Shown in pieces: positions 63,496 to 64,000 of a stretch of DNA of 64,000 nucleotides. How positions within the stretch are numbered: the first letter of the stretch is position 1; each line of letters starts with the position of its first letter. Source of the stretch: an uncultured Klebsiella sp. (lineage in GTDB: Bacteria; Verrucomicrobiota; Verrucomicrobiia; Limisphaerales; SXTU01). The translations under genes were made by a program, and so were the position numbers. The notes under the pieces are model-generated. The model saw only the letters and a program-made list of their open reading frames with translations. It had not been told where the DNA came from and did not search any database. The stretch covers positions 1,730 to 65,729 of the forward strand of contig CAZOCL010000002.1 of the NCBI GenBank assembly GCA_964578245.1. Direction: 5' to 3'.

Positions 63496-64000
63496 GTGAT
63501 CCACCCACCCGTCACAGCCACCACCGAACCGGAGCGCCCCTGGCTCCGCTCGCGGCATTTGCCCGCGCTGGTCATCGGCGCGACGCTGGGCATTTTCGCG
63601 CTCGGCATCCTCGCCGTCACCCTGCACCTGCGCCTGGAGATCCGGGAGGACATCGCGCGGCGGGAAGGGGAAATCCTGCACTCCGTCGCCATGATGCTCC
63701 AGGCGGAAGAGGACCGGACCTTGCTAGACGAACCCAGCGTCCAGTTGAATGTCCTGCTCAAGACTTCCCGTTTGAAGGGCGTCGTGGCCGCGCGGCTTTT
63801 TGACGCGCGGGGACAGTTTGTCTCCGCCTTCCCCGCGTATGTCAGCGATGGGGCGCTGGCGGCCGCGGACCTCGCAGGCCTGCAGAAGTTGCAGACCGTG
63901 GCGCGTCCGCGCGAACGCGTGTCGCAGGGCGCGTTCTTCACCTCGACCGCGCCGGAAAAGCTGCCCTTGGAACTCTACGAAATCATCGTGCCGCTCCATA
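63496..64000 (+). CDS. Membrane sensor protein N-terminus (probable histidine kinase), 3' end outside the window
   Basis: The frame is open from the GTG at 63496 to the window edge. Transmembrane segment LPALVIGATLGIFALGILAVTL is followed by a periplasmic-looking domain. The kinase assignment is an inference from the neighbouring regulator. Confidence 0.4.
   Translation, partial: MIHPPVTATTEPERPWLRSRHLPALVIGATLGIFALGILAVTLHLRLEIREDIARREGEILHSVAMMLQAEEDRTLLDEPSVQLNVLLKTSRLKGVVAARLFDARGQFVSAFPAYVSDGALAAADLAGLQKLQTVARPRERVSQGAFFTSTAPEKLPLELYEIIVPLH

Noticed and set aside
1-64000. Prophage, integrative element or defence island
   Set aside because: No integrase, transposase, phage structural, restriction-modification, toxin-antitoxin or Cas-like ORFs were recognised. 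The repeats appear non-autonomous.

Overview
GC-rich bacterial chromosomal segment with no rRNA, tRNA, CRISPR array, transposase or integrase that I could recognise. The lineage is probably Verrucomicrobiota-like. This is an inference from tandem Minf_1886-family genes, a eukaryote-type (His6) hisA, many prepilin-type pseudopilins and giant NHL-repeat exoproteins.

Gene order:
- 1-8.2 kb: a translationally coupled CDP-hexose modification operon (rfbF, rfbG, two C-methyltransferase-architecture genes, a 3,5-epimerase, an SDR reductase, a CmcI-like methyltransferase) flanked by GT2 glycosyltransferases.
- 8.6-27.5 kb: housekeeping genes (deoxyhypusine-synthase-like, mfd, hisA, M16 peptidase, rpmH-rnpA-yidD-yidC-jag) mixed with conserved hypotheticals.
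- 28.5-40.5 kb: a complete and heavily decorated lasso-peptide (RiPP) gene cluster. It has B1/PqqD, a B2 protease, an Asn-synthetase-like cyclase and two paralogous precursor genes. Tailoring genes are an HPr-kinase-like kinase, a sulfotransferase with its own APS kinase, two methyltransferases (one fused to an RRE-like tail) and a PhyH dioxygenase. An NTP_transf_5 protein and two unknown membrane proteins complete it. No ABC exporter is present.
- 40.8-43.6 kb: an MFS transporter and a Gfo/Idh/MocA oxidoreductase.
- 44-61.6 kb: pilMNOPQ (secretin), then three giant NHL-repeat proteins (1027, 1219 and about 837 aa), then four prepilin-type pseudopilins.
- 61.9-64 kb: a response regulator, a secreted coiled-coil protein and a membrane sensor fragment.

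A second theme is several families of short GC-rich hairpin elements and heptanucleotide arrays. They fill intergenic regions and are also embedded in frame inside essential genes: at least nine sites in mfd, plus the M16 peptidase and the yidD tail.

The lasso cluster is my best candidate for a new system. All functional calls rest on reading translated motifs by eye; no searches were run.
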